Part shown: one piece after another, positions 51,462 to 62,358 of the stretch
How positions within the stretch are numbered: position 1 is the first letter of the stretch
Layout: each line of letters starts with the position of its first letter
Assembly (NCBI RefSeq): GCF_009914755.1
Contig: NC_060929.1
Direction: 5' to 3' (one strand)
Source of the DNA: the human T2T-CHM13v2.0 reference genome, Homo sapiens
DNA: 64,000 nucleotides
Translations under genes and position numbers: made by a program
Notes under the pieces: model-generated
Database searches by the model: none
Told to the model about the DNA's origin: nothing
The model's input: the letters and a program-made list of their open reading frames with translations, nothing else

Positions 51462-52988
51462 ACATGCCTTCCTTTTTTATTCCATTTGCAGTATTTATGA
51501 GATTTTTTCTTTAATGACTGTCCCCATTTCCTTTTTAAAAATACTGTTGTAAGTTACTTTGTCTTATATATTCTATCTGTGATTTCAACAGATTGGTGGA
51601 TAATTAATACATGTTCCATCCTTATCTTACTGAGAGTCATCTTTATCTTTGAGCCAACAAATACTCCTTCCTCTTTTATTATTACAATTATTAGGTCATG
51701 ATGTGATTCCTCAGAGTCAGCAATAAAGAAAACTAAGTAACACCTGAGATTACAGCATCTGCTGTACCCAATTTAATTTCTCCTTCATAACAATTTAGGG
51801 AGAAGTCTATCATATTTTAGAATAGTTAGAGAACAGCTGCTGAAAAAAAATCTGCCTGTCAAAGTTATATCCTGATGTTAAATTAGCCTGTTACCTGATT
51901 GTTGTCTTCTGGTCCTGAAAAACCATAAAGACTATGCCAGCAACTCACTTAGAAGCAGCACACATGTACATATTACAGCCCATCATCATAATTAGTGGAG
52001 GAAAAGATAACACAAAGTGAATGCTATATAAATATATCTAAAGGCATTTATGGAATGGTGGGTAACAATATAAACTAGTAAAATATATTTATAATATAAA
52101 TATTTCTAAATATATAAGGCACAAGTTCAGCCATAGAATCATAACATTGTAGTAGTATGCAGAGAAGACATGCAAAAAAGAAAGCTGATTGACGTTTTGA
52201 TATGTGTGTATGTGTATAAACAGGTAAATATACCATATATATGTATATTTAAGAATTTTCAGGAAATATGTGGTTATTGGTACCCACACAGGTAGGTAGC
52301 CTCAGCTACCTACCAAACATTTAATATTAATGTTAAAGAAGTTATAGAATACATATATATGTGTTTTACATATGTGTTTGTAATAAAATGTCTATAACGT
52401 GTTTTACCATAATTCAGTGCATATTTAAATTAATTAAGAGTACTAAACTGTGCTCAGATTTCATGCAGTATCAACAGAAGTTCTGCCTTAGAGGCCTACA
52501 GACTCTTACTTAGTTCCATGGCACGTTGAGTGTGTGGGATTCCCTTAGAATGATTTCCCTTTAATGGAAATGAATATTAAATATATTGGAATGACCTATT
52601 TGCAAATACTCCTTCACTGATTAAACTAAAATATTTTCTTTAACATTTGGCAAATCCATCAGCTTTCTTTTTTGTTGTTACATAAGTTCACCAAAATCTG
52701 TTTTAGAGTTAGTTACCCCGAATTTGATTTAATACACATCAGGCATAAACTTTCATTGGTTGTTCATTTATGTGTTTATTACTTATTCTACCTGTTGTTC
52801 TCATTTTTACAAAGTAGTTTATGCCATTCAGGGATTTTCTGTTTTGTACTAAAGCTCTAAGTAGCAGCTTGTTAGAGAGAGTGTGGAGTAAAACCTTCCT
52901 TCACTCCATATCCTTCCAGTTACCTGAGCAGTTTATTTTGGAGACCTTCTTCTCCAATTCAAAAACCCTATGAAAATTGTGTTATTTT

Positions 52989-53131
52989 CATAACCTGTGC
53001 AAATAACTACTCTTCTAATTGGTGATTTTCATACATAAAAATCCATTATGGATTTTTATGTATGAAATCCATTGTGAATTTTTATGTATAAAATTCACCA
53101 ATTAGAAGAGTAGTTATTTGCACAGATTATG
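52989..53131. repeat. Long nested inverted repeat (palindrome)
   Basis: 58-bp arms 52989-53046 / 53074-53131 with 5 mismatches, including a 31-bp perfect core; inner perfect 20-bp arms 53027-53046 / 53048-53067. Confidence 0.97.
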
Positions 53132-53429
53132 TGATTGGTAAGGAATGAATTACCGAAAATTATTAACCAAATTTGGGGACAAATTCAGAAGGGAAAAACA
53201 TCAAAGGCAAAAAAATTACAAGGGAAAAGTCTGATGTTTCATGGTCATGAATATCACAAGAGAAAAATAATACTTCAAGGTTTTGTATAAGAACCATTTT
53301 CCAAGGGAAAGAGCACAAAGTACTTATTCCTAAAACTTGATCTCTTTTTTCTCCTGTACCTAGAATCATAGAACAGGAGACCTTGCCTGTATATTCTAAA
53401 CTTCATTCCGTACAAATTGTGTAACACAT

Positions 53430-53905
53430 TTCATCATACTGACTTTTTCCTGTGTTAAAAACCTGCCAAGATGCTTCTCACTTCAGGATATTTTCATTCA
53501 ATTCAAAAACCATTTTCCTGGTCTTTCACAAAGCTGGCTTCTCTCATGAGCCAAGATTCACAGCTAGGTCCATTTCCCAGAAAGGCCTTCCCCAAACACA
53601 TTATGTTAAATGTCTTAATATACTCCATGACAGCTAGTATTCATTTTACTTTGAAAAATTATATTCATTTATTTGCTTTTCTTTTTTCTTTTTTTATTAT
53701 ACTTTAAGTTTTAGGGTACATGTGCACAACATGCAGGTTAGTTACATATGTATACATGTGCCATGTTGGTGTTTGCTTTTCTTTAGAGTTCATCTCTGAT
53801 AGAATGGAGACAAGCAGGGAAAACATTTCTCTTATTCCTGATTTTGGCAGATGCCTGAAGGACATGGTACTGAATGCATATGTGTTGAATAAATAGATGG
53901 ATAAA
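53430..53905 (+). mobile_element. L2 3' remnant, interrupted by a short L1PA
   Basis: 'aaagctggcttc', 'ttcccagaaaggccttccc', tail 'tgtgttgaataaatagatggataaatg'. Confidence 0.6.
53685..53771 (-). mobile_element. ~90-bp young L1PA (PA2-PA4-like) 3'-terminal insertion
   Basis: 'ttattatactttaagttttagggtacatgtgcacaacatgcaggttagttacatatgtatacatgtgccatgttggtg'; TSD tttgcttttcttt at 53672-53684 and 53772-53784. Confidence 0.93.
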
Positions 53906-54280
53906 TGCAAAGGAGAATGATGTCAAGACAAAGTGTTTGTGAGGAAAAGGTAGTAGCTACAAATTTTGTCAGCAAAGTAAATTAATCCAATGTAGATAAA
54001 CTTACTTTTATTCAAATATAATATGAATTCAGAATAGAACACAAATTTCTCGGCTACCCACAATTTTACAGAATGAACACTTCTATATAACCAGCATACA
54101 GTTTAACAGGTAGAATATTATGCTTCTATTCATGCCTGTTTTAGTCATTACACTCTCCCAAAGTTAATGTCTAGTATTATTTAGCATATATTAGATTAGT
54201 TTTAAAATTTATAAAAGTAGAACCATATAGCTTGCATCTTTAGTCTCTGCTCTTTTATTCCATATAATCTTTTTGATGAT

Positions 54281-54678
54281 AGTGTTAGTCTGTTTCTCAT
54301 TGCTATAAAGGAGTACCTGAGGCTCGCTAATTATAAATAAAACAGGTTTATTTGGCTCACAGTTTTACAGGCTGTACAAAAAGCATAATGCCGGTTCCTG
54401 GTCAGGACCTCAGGAAGCTTTTACTCATGGTAGAAGGCAAAACGGGAGCAGGCATGCCACATGGTGAGAGAGATAGCAAGAGAGATGTCAGGCTCTTTTA
54501 AATGACCAGCTCTCATGTGGACTAACATAAGAACTCACTCTCCCACTGGAGGCCACCAAGCCATTCATGAGAGATCCACCCCCATGACTCAAACCCCTCA
54601 CACTAGTCCCACCTCCAACATCGGGCGTCACATTTCAACATGCAGTTTAGAAGGGACAAATAATCCAAACCCGATTAC
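54281..54678 (-). mobile_element. MSTB LTR
   Basis: 'ttagtctgtt...attgctataaaggagtacctgaggct', 'cctcaggaagcttttactcatgg.agaaggc', 'ccattcatgag.gatccacccccatgac', 'cccacctccaacat'. Confidence 0.9.
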
Positions 54679-55073
54679 TTTCTTCCATATCGCTGTGTAT
54701 TGTAGTAGTAGTTTCATTGCTGTTGGTGTCTGGCATCTCCTTGCAAGAATTTAATATAATTTATTATTCATTCTACTGTTGGAAAACATTTGAGAGTTTT
54801 TTCCACTTGATGTGATTACTAGGTGGGACAGCTATGAAAAATTTTGTGTATATATATTTTTGTACATGTATGTAAGCATTTCTCTTGAGTATAACTTTAG
54901 GAATATACTAACTTGTCCATAATAGATTCTTATGTTCAATTTTTTAAGTACAAGTTTCCAAAACAGATGTACTGCTTTGTAGTCTAACAAGAGGTATAAT
55001 GTTTCTGGTGTTTTGACATCACTGCCCCACTTAGTGCATTCAAAAACAGTAAAATTTAGCACCATATCATATG

Positions 55074-55863
55074 TGATATAGTTTGGATAGTTGTCCCCAT
55101 TCAAATCCCATGTTGAATTGTAATCCTTAATGCTGGAGGTGGGGCTTGGTGGGAGGTGTTTGGATCATGGGGGCAGATCCCTCATGACTTGGTGCTGTCC
55201 CTTCATGGCTTGGTGCTGTCCCCTCATGGCTTGGTGCTGTCTTTGCAATCGTGAAGAGTTTTCCTGAGATCTGGTCATTTAAAAGTGTGTAGCACCGGCC
55301 GGGCGCCGTGGTTCACGCCTGTAATCCCAGCACTTTGGGAGGCCGAGGCGGGTGGATCACGAGGTCAAGAGATCGAGACCGTCCTGGTCAACATGGTGCA
55401 ACCCTGTCTGTGCTAAAAAAACAAAAATTAGCTGGGCGTGGTGGCATGCACCTGTAGTCCCAGCTATTTGGGAGGTTGAGGCAGGAGAATCCCTTGAATC
55501 TGGGAGGCAGAGGTTTCAGTGAGCCGAGATTGCACCGCTGCACTCCAGCCTGGGTGACGGAGCAAGACTTCATCTCTAAATAAATAAATAAATACATACA
55601 TACATAAAATAAATAAATTGTATAGCACCTCCCCACCCCATTCCCTCCCTCTATTGCTCCTGCTTTCGCCATGTGGTGTGCCTGCTCCTCCGCCACCTTC
55701 CATGAGTACACGCTCCCTGAGCTCTCCCCAGAAGCAGATGCCAGCATGATGCCTCCTGTACAGCCTGCATAACTGTGAGCCAAATAAACTTCGTTTCTTA
55801 TAAATTTATAAATGACCTAGTCTCAGGTATTGCTTAATAGCAATCCAAGAATGGCCTAATATG
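55074..55863 (+). mobile_element. MSTA/MSTB LTR, interrupted by AluSc
   Basis: 'tgatatagtttggata.ttgtcccc..caaatc.catgttgaattgtaatcc' ... 'ccagaagcagatgccagc..gatgc.tcctgtacagcctgca.aactgtgagccaa' ... 'gcctaatatg'. Confidence 0.92.
55297..55613 (+). mobile_element. AluSc inserted in the MST LTR
   Basis: 'gaggtcaagagatcgagacc' (Sc-type); TSD aaaagtgtgtagcacc (55281-55296) / taaattgtatagcacc (55614-55629). Confidence 0.95.
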
Positions 55864-57871
55864 TTTAATCAATAGGTTTATTGAATATTTCAAAATTCTT
55901 CTTTGAAAAGTGTCTATTCAAGATTTTTCCACATTTTAAAAATAGGGCTGTCTATCCTTTTCTTATTGATCTGTAGGAGCTCTTTACACATTCTGGATAA
56001 AAATTCTTATATAATTATTGCAAACATCTACTTGTATCTTTTGATGATTAGAGTCTTCTTATTTATTGGTTCATTCATTTATACTCTTATTTATTTATGG
56101 ATTTTAATGTGAACTACATGCAGTCATGAGTTGGATGTAACATTTACAGGATCCTGCCCTAGTTTGGCTAATGACATTTTGCTTAAGCAAACTTGATGAA
56201 ATCAACTCTTCATGGACTACAAAAAGTTATTTAACTATAAACATTCCTAGACCATGAGATGGAATAGAAAAATACAGTATTTAGAAGAGTTGACTGTCTA
56301 CAAATCCTTTATAATACCCTTCCTAAGAATCACTATTAGTATTTTAAATCTTCTTAATAGTTTAACAATTGTGATTTTCCAATTGTGAACCCAAATATGA
56401 CATTGAAACACAATAGAGTATGAAGCTATCAAAGCCACATTTAATGTCTAGTTTTACCAACTGCATCAAAACACTTTATGGCTGCATATTACTGCTATTA
56501 CTATCATTACTGCCACTGATATTACAGTCATTTCTGTATGGCCAGCTGCACTGTGCATACGAGCTCCTCAATGGATATACTTCATTTTTAAATCAAGGTC
56601 TACGATCAAAATATCTGAATAGAGAAAATAAACAAATAGAATGTAAATCCTCTACATCACTTTTAAACTCTAAGATAGTTTACTTGTACATGTTACAGGC
56701 CAGAGGAGACTGTTTTCTCCAATGAAATTCTATGTATGGTAGTAATTAATTCCAATGGAAAAATCTACTGGTAAATGGCCAAATCATTCTTAATTGAAAA
56801 TGATGTCAATATTAAATTATTTGTATGAAGACCAATGCACCAGAAGAATTACTGACCCTTAAAAGTTCTTAGCTTAAAAGATAAATAGATTCCTTCTGAC
56901 TGAAGCAAGTTTCTCAACAGTGACTAGGAAGACAGGACAGGGTTTCCCTCATGAAATAAAGGCATTTACAAAGACTGAGGCATATCATCAGACCTCTATT
57001 AGTTTACTCTTTTATTCAGCATTTTTTAAAGTTTGTAACACACTAGGAATTGTTCTGAGTTAGACTGAAGTACAAAATGAAGTCTCAAAAATAGACGTGG
57101 ATGTGAGACATGCAAAAGGAGAAAGTGCATTCAATTTCGGCAATAACAGTAATGTGTGGGCAAATCCATAGTGGGTGAGTTTGTGATTGACTAGATATTA
57201 CCTTTGCTTATCAAGCCTGCGTTTGAGAAAACAAAAATATTTCCAGCTTTTACTTGTAGAAGCAATTTTTTTTTTTCAGGAAAAATACATAGCTAAGTAA
57301 GGTGCTTAAATTAAATTAGTTACTACTGATCTGTTTGGAAAGAGGCAAACACTGACTCTTCCATAAGCAATTATTTGTTAATTTTAGAATTAGTGTTTAG
57401 ATGAAAAGTGTTGTTGAATGTTAAAATGAGTACAATTAGAGCATTTGTTTCAGAAATGTCAAAATTCTGAGAATATTTAAAACATTTAATTATGAGCTGA
57501 GATGGACATACCTAACATAAGGCACACATTGCTAGTATCCTTTATGTAAAAGTGCATACAAATATAAGCCAAATAGAGAAATACTAATATTAAAGTCATT
57601 TTGGAAAATAAACTAACACCTATTGATTATGAAAGCTGATTTACAAGAATTGTAAGAATCCTGAAACATAAATGTCAATTGCAGATTCAAAGCACACTAG
57701 CAGGAAGGAGGAAACAACCCAGCTTGTCTCTCTGGAGGGGCTCAACCTTCTCAAGTACAACTGCCCAATTTTCCCTTTCTTCTGAAATAAGGTCGCTTCT
57801 GGTTTTGAAGTAAGAAAACAAAAATGTGCGCAGAACTTTGTTCTCAGAAGAGGGAATTTTGGTTTGGATCT

Positions 57872-58245
57872 TGCTATAGTTTGAATGTGTCACCAAAAGT
57901 TTGTGTGTTTAAAACTTAATCCCCAATGCAACAGTTCTGAGAGGTGAGATGTTGTAAAGGTGATGAAAATTCTGTTCTTATGAATGGATTGCTGCCACTA
58001 TCTCGGAAGTGGGTTCCTGATAAAAGAATGAGTCTGGCCATCTTCCCTTCTTTCTCTGTCTGTTATACTCTCTTGCTTTTCTGCATTTCATCATGGGATG
58101 ACACAGCATAAAGGTACTTACCAGAGGTGGTCCATCAATCTTGGACTTCCCAGCCTCTAGAACCATGATCCAAATAAATTTATGTTCTTTATATATTAGC
58201 CAGTCTCAGGTATTATCCTATAGCAGCACAAAATGAACTAAGACA
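57872..58245 (+). mobile_element. MSTD-like solo LTR
   Basis: 'tgctatagtttgaatgtgtc.ccaaaagtt..tgtgtt.aaaacttaatccccaatgcaacagt' ... 'tatagcagcacaaaatgaactaagaca'; TSD gatct / gttct. Confidence 0.9.
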
Positions 58246-58549
58246 GTTCTTCCTACTTTTATATTACAATATGCATGCAGAGAGAAAAATATCTGCCTAG
58301 CTCTCTTTCATACTCCAGCCGGATATGCTCTGTTAAACCGTGACTTACAAGTATACTTACCCATTTAGACAGACTGAATATGTCCTGCTAAATATATTTT
58401 TGTCAAGATAAAAACTCTCTAGTATCACACACTTAGCAAATATTATTAGCATTTACAAATAGGTCCATCTTTTGAGTTTGTCATTGCCTACAGAGTCCCC
58501 TAGGAAGGTGCACACTACTATATCTTCCCTAATTTATAAAAGAAGATGG

Positions 58550-58837
58550 GGCCGGGCGCGGCGGCTCACGCCTGTAATCCCAGCACTTTGGAAGGCTGAG
58601 GCGGGCAGATCACAAGGTCAGGAGATCGAGACCATCCTGGCTAACACGGTGAAACCCCGTCTCTACTAAAAATACAAAAAATTAGCCGGGCATGGTGGTG
58701 GGCGCCTGTAGTCCCAGCTACTCGGGAGGCTGAGGCAGGAGAATGGCATGAACCCTGGGGGGCGGAGCCTGCAGTGAGCCGAGATCGCGTCACCGCACTC
58801 CAGCCTGGGCGACAAGAGCTAGACTCCGTCTCAAAAA
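58550..58837 (+). mobile_element. AluY, AluYe5-like
   Basis: 'gaaccctggggggcggagcctgcagtgag' resembles the Ye-type diagnostics; CpG-rich; TSD aaaagaag(a/g)tgg at 58538-58549 and 58838-58849. Confidence 0.93.
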
Positions 58838-60777
58838 AAAAGAAGGTGGTCAAAACTTTAGTCAGCATGTTGGAAAAAAAATCTTACTCATTATGAAGTA
58901 ATAGCAAATTACAACAATAGTTTTCTAATACCAACTATTAAATCAATCATTTTTGTTTTGTTTTTTATTATGACCCCATTTCAGATATCGTGTAATGCTG
59001 GAAAACTATTTTACAATTTGGATAAGCATTCTTAAAAATTCTCCTAAGATTTAACCTGGTGATTTTACTCCTAGAATGTTATCAAAGATAATTATCAGTA
59101 AATTTGTGAATAATGACAAAAGAGTCCAACATGATCTTAACATTAATGTGTCACAAATTAAAGATGGCTAAGTATATGGTGCTTTTATCTAAAACTAAAT
59201 TTTTCTACCATTTGAAATGTTTTGGAGACTTACTGACCCAAGGGTATGCTCATGGCATAACTTGTAGCAAGACCCTTTAAAAGTCTTATAGCTTTGAGTC
59301 AGTAGTTCATCTAACCTGAAAGCTATCTAATTAAATATAGAAACATCGAAATATACTAAAATATCTCAAATTATGTATTCAGTAGAAATAATGTGTCAAA
59401 CAGTTGTAGAATAGTAATATAAAATTGCTAATTCCATACATGATAATAGAATACAGTTATTATAGTTGTTATGAAAAATTACAGTAATATTAGATGCTTA
59501 TAATAAGGTTAACATTTTAAAAGTATACAAAAGTACACATAAGATAATTAAGTAAAATACATTTAAGATAAAATTACATGACATCTTTATAAAAATTGTA
59601 TTTTAGAGAAAAATGGATGATTTTCTAGATAAATGTAAATTACCAAATGTCATCTCTTTGTAACAGTAATATCATCATAATTATTATTACATTGTAGAAG
59701 ATATCCCAAGCTTTCTGTACAACATCTTAGTTAATCTACATAATAGGTTTGTTATTATAAAATAAGGTGACATTAGTGTCAAAGAACCTTTTATCACCAT
59801 CTTTGGAAAGTGAAAGAAATGAAATCATACATTGCCTATGTGTTTCTTATTGTTAAAATAAAATACAGGTTCTTTTACAGAAGCTCATAAAAGAGTGACA
59901 GTAATACACATACTAAATGATTATGTAAATTCTACTATTAAAATAAATCAGCTTCCAACCAATTTCAATAAGCTTGTAAATTATTTGAGGTAGGATTTTC
60001 CTTTCTTTGTGTATCAGGTTTATAAAAATTACTTAATCAGCACAAGGAAAGATCAATGTATATCCTTAGAAAAGTTTTATTTTATTTGTTTCACAAACAG
60101 GCAATTTGTAAAATATGAATCCAAAAATAAACGTGGATTTAATGTATAAAAGGTAGTAAAAATATATTTAAAATACCAACTTTCCATCAAATCTTATATA
60201 TTGTCCTTTAAATACAAGAAATGAGTAAAGACATCTATCTATCTAGATAAGTAGATGTATAATGTGATTCTATTTTAGATAAATCACTCTGTACATTCAA
60301 ACAAGAACATAAATGTTTTTTTACATGTGTCAGCTCTTAAAACCTGTTTGTGTACAAGGCTTGAAAAAATACGATCATAATAAATAAGACCAAAACTTTC
60401 ATAACAATATTCAAAACACTCAGATTTTAATCTGAAATCACTCATCACCAAGAACGAGTTTTCTCAAACTGAATGAGAAAAGACAGTAAGTGGATGCCCA
60501 CAATAATAAAGACATTAGAAGTATTTGGCTAAGACTCTATAGCAGACATCATAAATATGCTTTAATACTGAATCACACATTTGAAATAAATGAAAACATA
60601 ATTATACTAAATAAATAAGGATTCTGAAAAAAGTAAAACATGAAGGATAAAAATTAAACTTTGAGGACTGAATAATATCATGACAAACGCTAATAATAAA
60701 ATAACACTTAGTGGAAAGTCTCAATAGCATGAAATACTGAACATAAAAAATAATCAGTGACCTTGGAAATAGAACTA

Positions 60778-60991
60778 CAGGTTGTCCCTGATTTACAATG
60801 ATTTGACTTACAATTTTTTTTACTTTACCATGGCATGAAAGTGATACACATTCACTACACCCCTTGACTTACAATGAGGTTACGTCCAAATAAATCTACT
60901 ATAGGTTGAAAGTATTATGTTAAATTATGTTATTTTCAACTTATAATGGGTTTATCAGAATGTAATTCCATCATAAGTCAAGGAACATTTG
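60778..60991 (-). mobile_element. MER6B-like (TcMar-Tigger) MITE
   Basis: TA then 'caggttgtccctgatttacaatgatttgacttacaattttt' ... 'attttcaacttataatgggtttatcag.atgtaa.tccatcataagtcaagga.cat.tg'. Confidence 0.85.
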
Positions 60992-61225
60992 CTTAGAAAT
61001 TATCCCACCTGAATAGTAGAGAAGAAACACGCTAAATAAAAATGAATAGAAACTCAGATATATGTGAGACTATAGCAAAATAATAAGTATTTGTGTAAAT
61101 GAAGTCCTTTAAGAAAAGAAAAAAAAAAGGATGGTTCTGAATAAAGATTTTTTAAAATGGCTGAAAAATTTCCAAATTTTGCAAAAGACATAAAACAACA
61201 CATTCAACAAATTCAGATTGACACC

Positions 61226-61765
61226 TGTGATGGTTAATATTGCCCGTCAACTTGATTGATTGAAAGATGCAAAGTATTGTTCCTGGGTGTGTCTGTGAGG
61301 GTGTTGCCAAAGGAGGTTAACCTTTGAGTCAGTGGACTGGGAGAGGCTGACTCACCCTCAGTGTGGGTCAGCACTATCTAATCAGCTACCAGCATGACCT
61401 GAATAAAGCACGCAGAAAAAAGTGAAATAAAACTTGCTGAGTCTTCCAGCCTTCATCTTTCTCCCATGATGGATCCTCCTGCCCTCGAACATCAGACTCC
61501 AAGTTCTTCAACTTTTGAACTCTTGGACGTACACTAATGATTTGCCAGGGGTCCTCGGGCCTTTGGCCACAGACTGAAGCCTGCACTGTCAGCTTCCCTA
61601 CTTTTGAAGTTTTGGGACTTGGGCTGGCTTCCTTGCTCTTCAGCTTGAAGACGGCCTATTATGGAACTTCACCTTGTGGTCATGTGAGTCAATTCTAATA
61701 AACTCCCCTTCATATATACATCTATCCTATTAGTTCTGTCCCTTTAGAGAACCCTGACTAATATA
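61226..61765 (+). mobile_element. MLT2A2-like (HERV-L) solo LTR, full length
   Basis: 'tgtgatggttaatattg...gtcaacttgatt' ... 'ctatcctattagttctgtccctttagagaaccctgactaatata'; perfect 5-bp TSD ACACC (61221-61225 / 61766-61770). Confidence 0.95.
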
Positions 61766-61894
61766 ACACCTCAAAATTTCAAAATTCAAGGAAGGAAATA
61801 AGCTCCAAAAAGGATAGTTTCAGAACAATCTGTGCTGCACCATACTCAAACTTCTGAAATCTAAAGACAACAGAAAAAAATCTTGGCACATCAG

Positions 61895-62358
61895 TGTGAT
61901 GTGAATGATGATGACCTTCAAAGATGTCCACATTCTAATCCTTAGAACCTGTGAATATCTTACCTTATATAATAAAAGGTGCTTTGCAGATGTAATTAAG
62001 AATATCGACTGGGGAATTTCATACAGGATTATCTGGATGTACCCAATATAATCAAAAATATCTATACGAGAGAGAGGCTGGAAAGTCAGAATCATGAATG
62101 GAAGTATAATGATGAAAGCAGATGTGGGAGCAATACCAATTCTGGGAAGGGCTCAAGTGCCAAGGAACATGGGCAGTTTCTGGGAATCTGGAAAGGACAA
62201 GTACACAGATTTTTCCCCAACAGATCCTTTAGAAGAAACACAGATTTTGTAAACTACTTTGGCTTTCTGACCTCCAATATTGTAAAATACGCATTTGTGT
62301 TGTTCTTTGCCATTGAATTTATGGTAATTTTTTATGGCAGCAATTGAAAACTAATGTA
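61895..62358 (+). mobile_element. MLT1C/D LTR
   Basis: 'caaagatgtccacattctaatcc.tagaacctgtgaatat.ttacctta', 'ctttgcagatgtaattaag', 'ggaaaggacaag', 'tctgacctcca', 'atggtaattt.ttatggcagcaat.gaaaactaat'. Confidence 0.88.

Larger units (their letters stand above)
54000..56060 (-). mobile_element. Old L1ME fragment split by two MST LTRs
   Basis: L1 3'-region motifs at ~54000-54280, 54680-55070 ('gctatgaaaattttgtgta', 'gcatttctcttgagtata') and 55870-56060 ('aagtgtctattcaag', 'tttcttattgat.tgtaggagctcttta'). Confidence 0.7.

Noticed and set aside
60860-60985. Imperfect long inverted repeat
   Set aside because: Intrinsic to the MER6B-type MITE structure and already heavily diverged.
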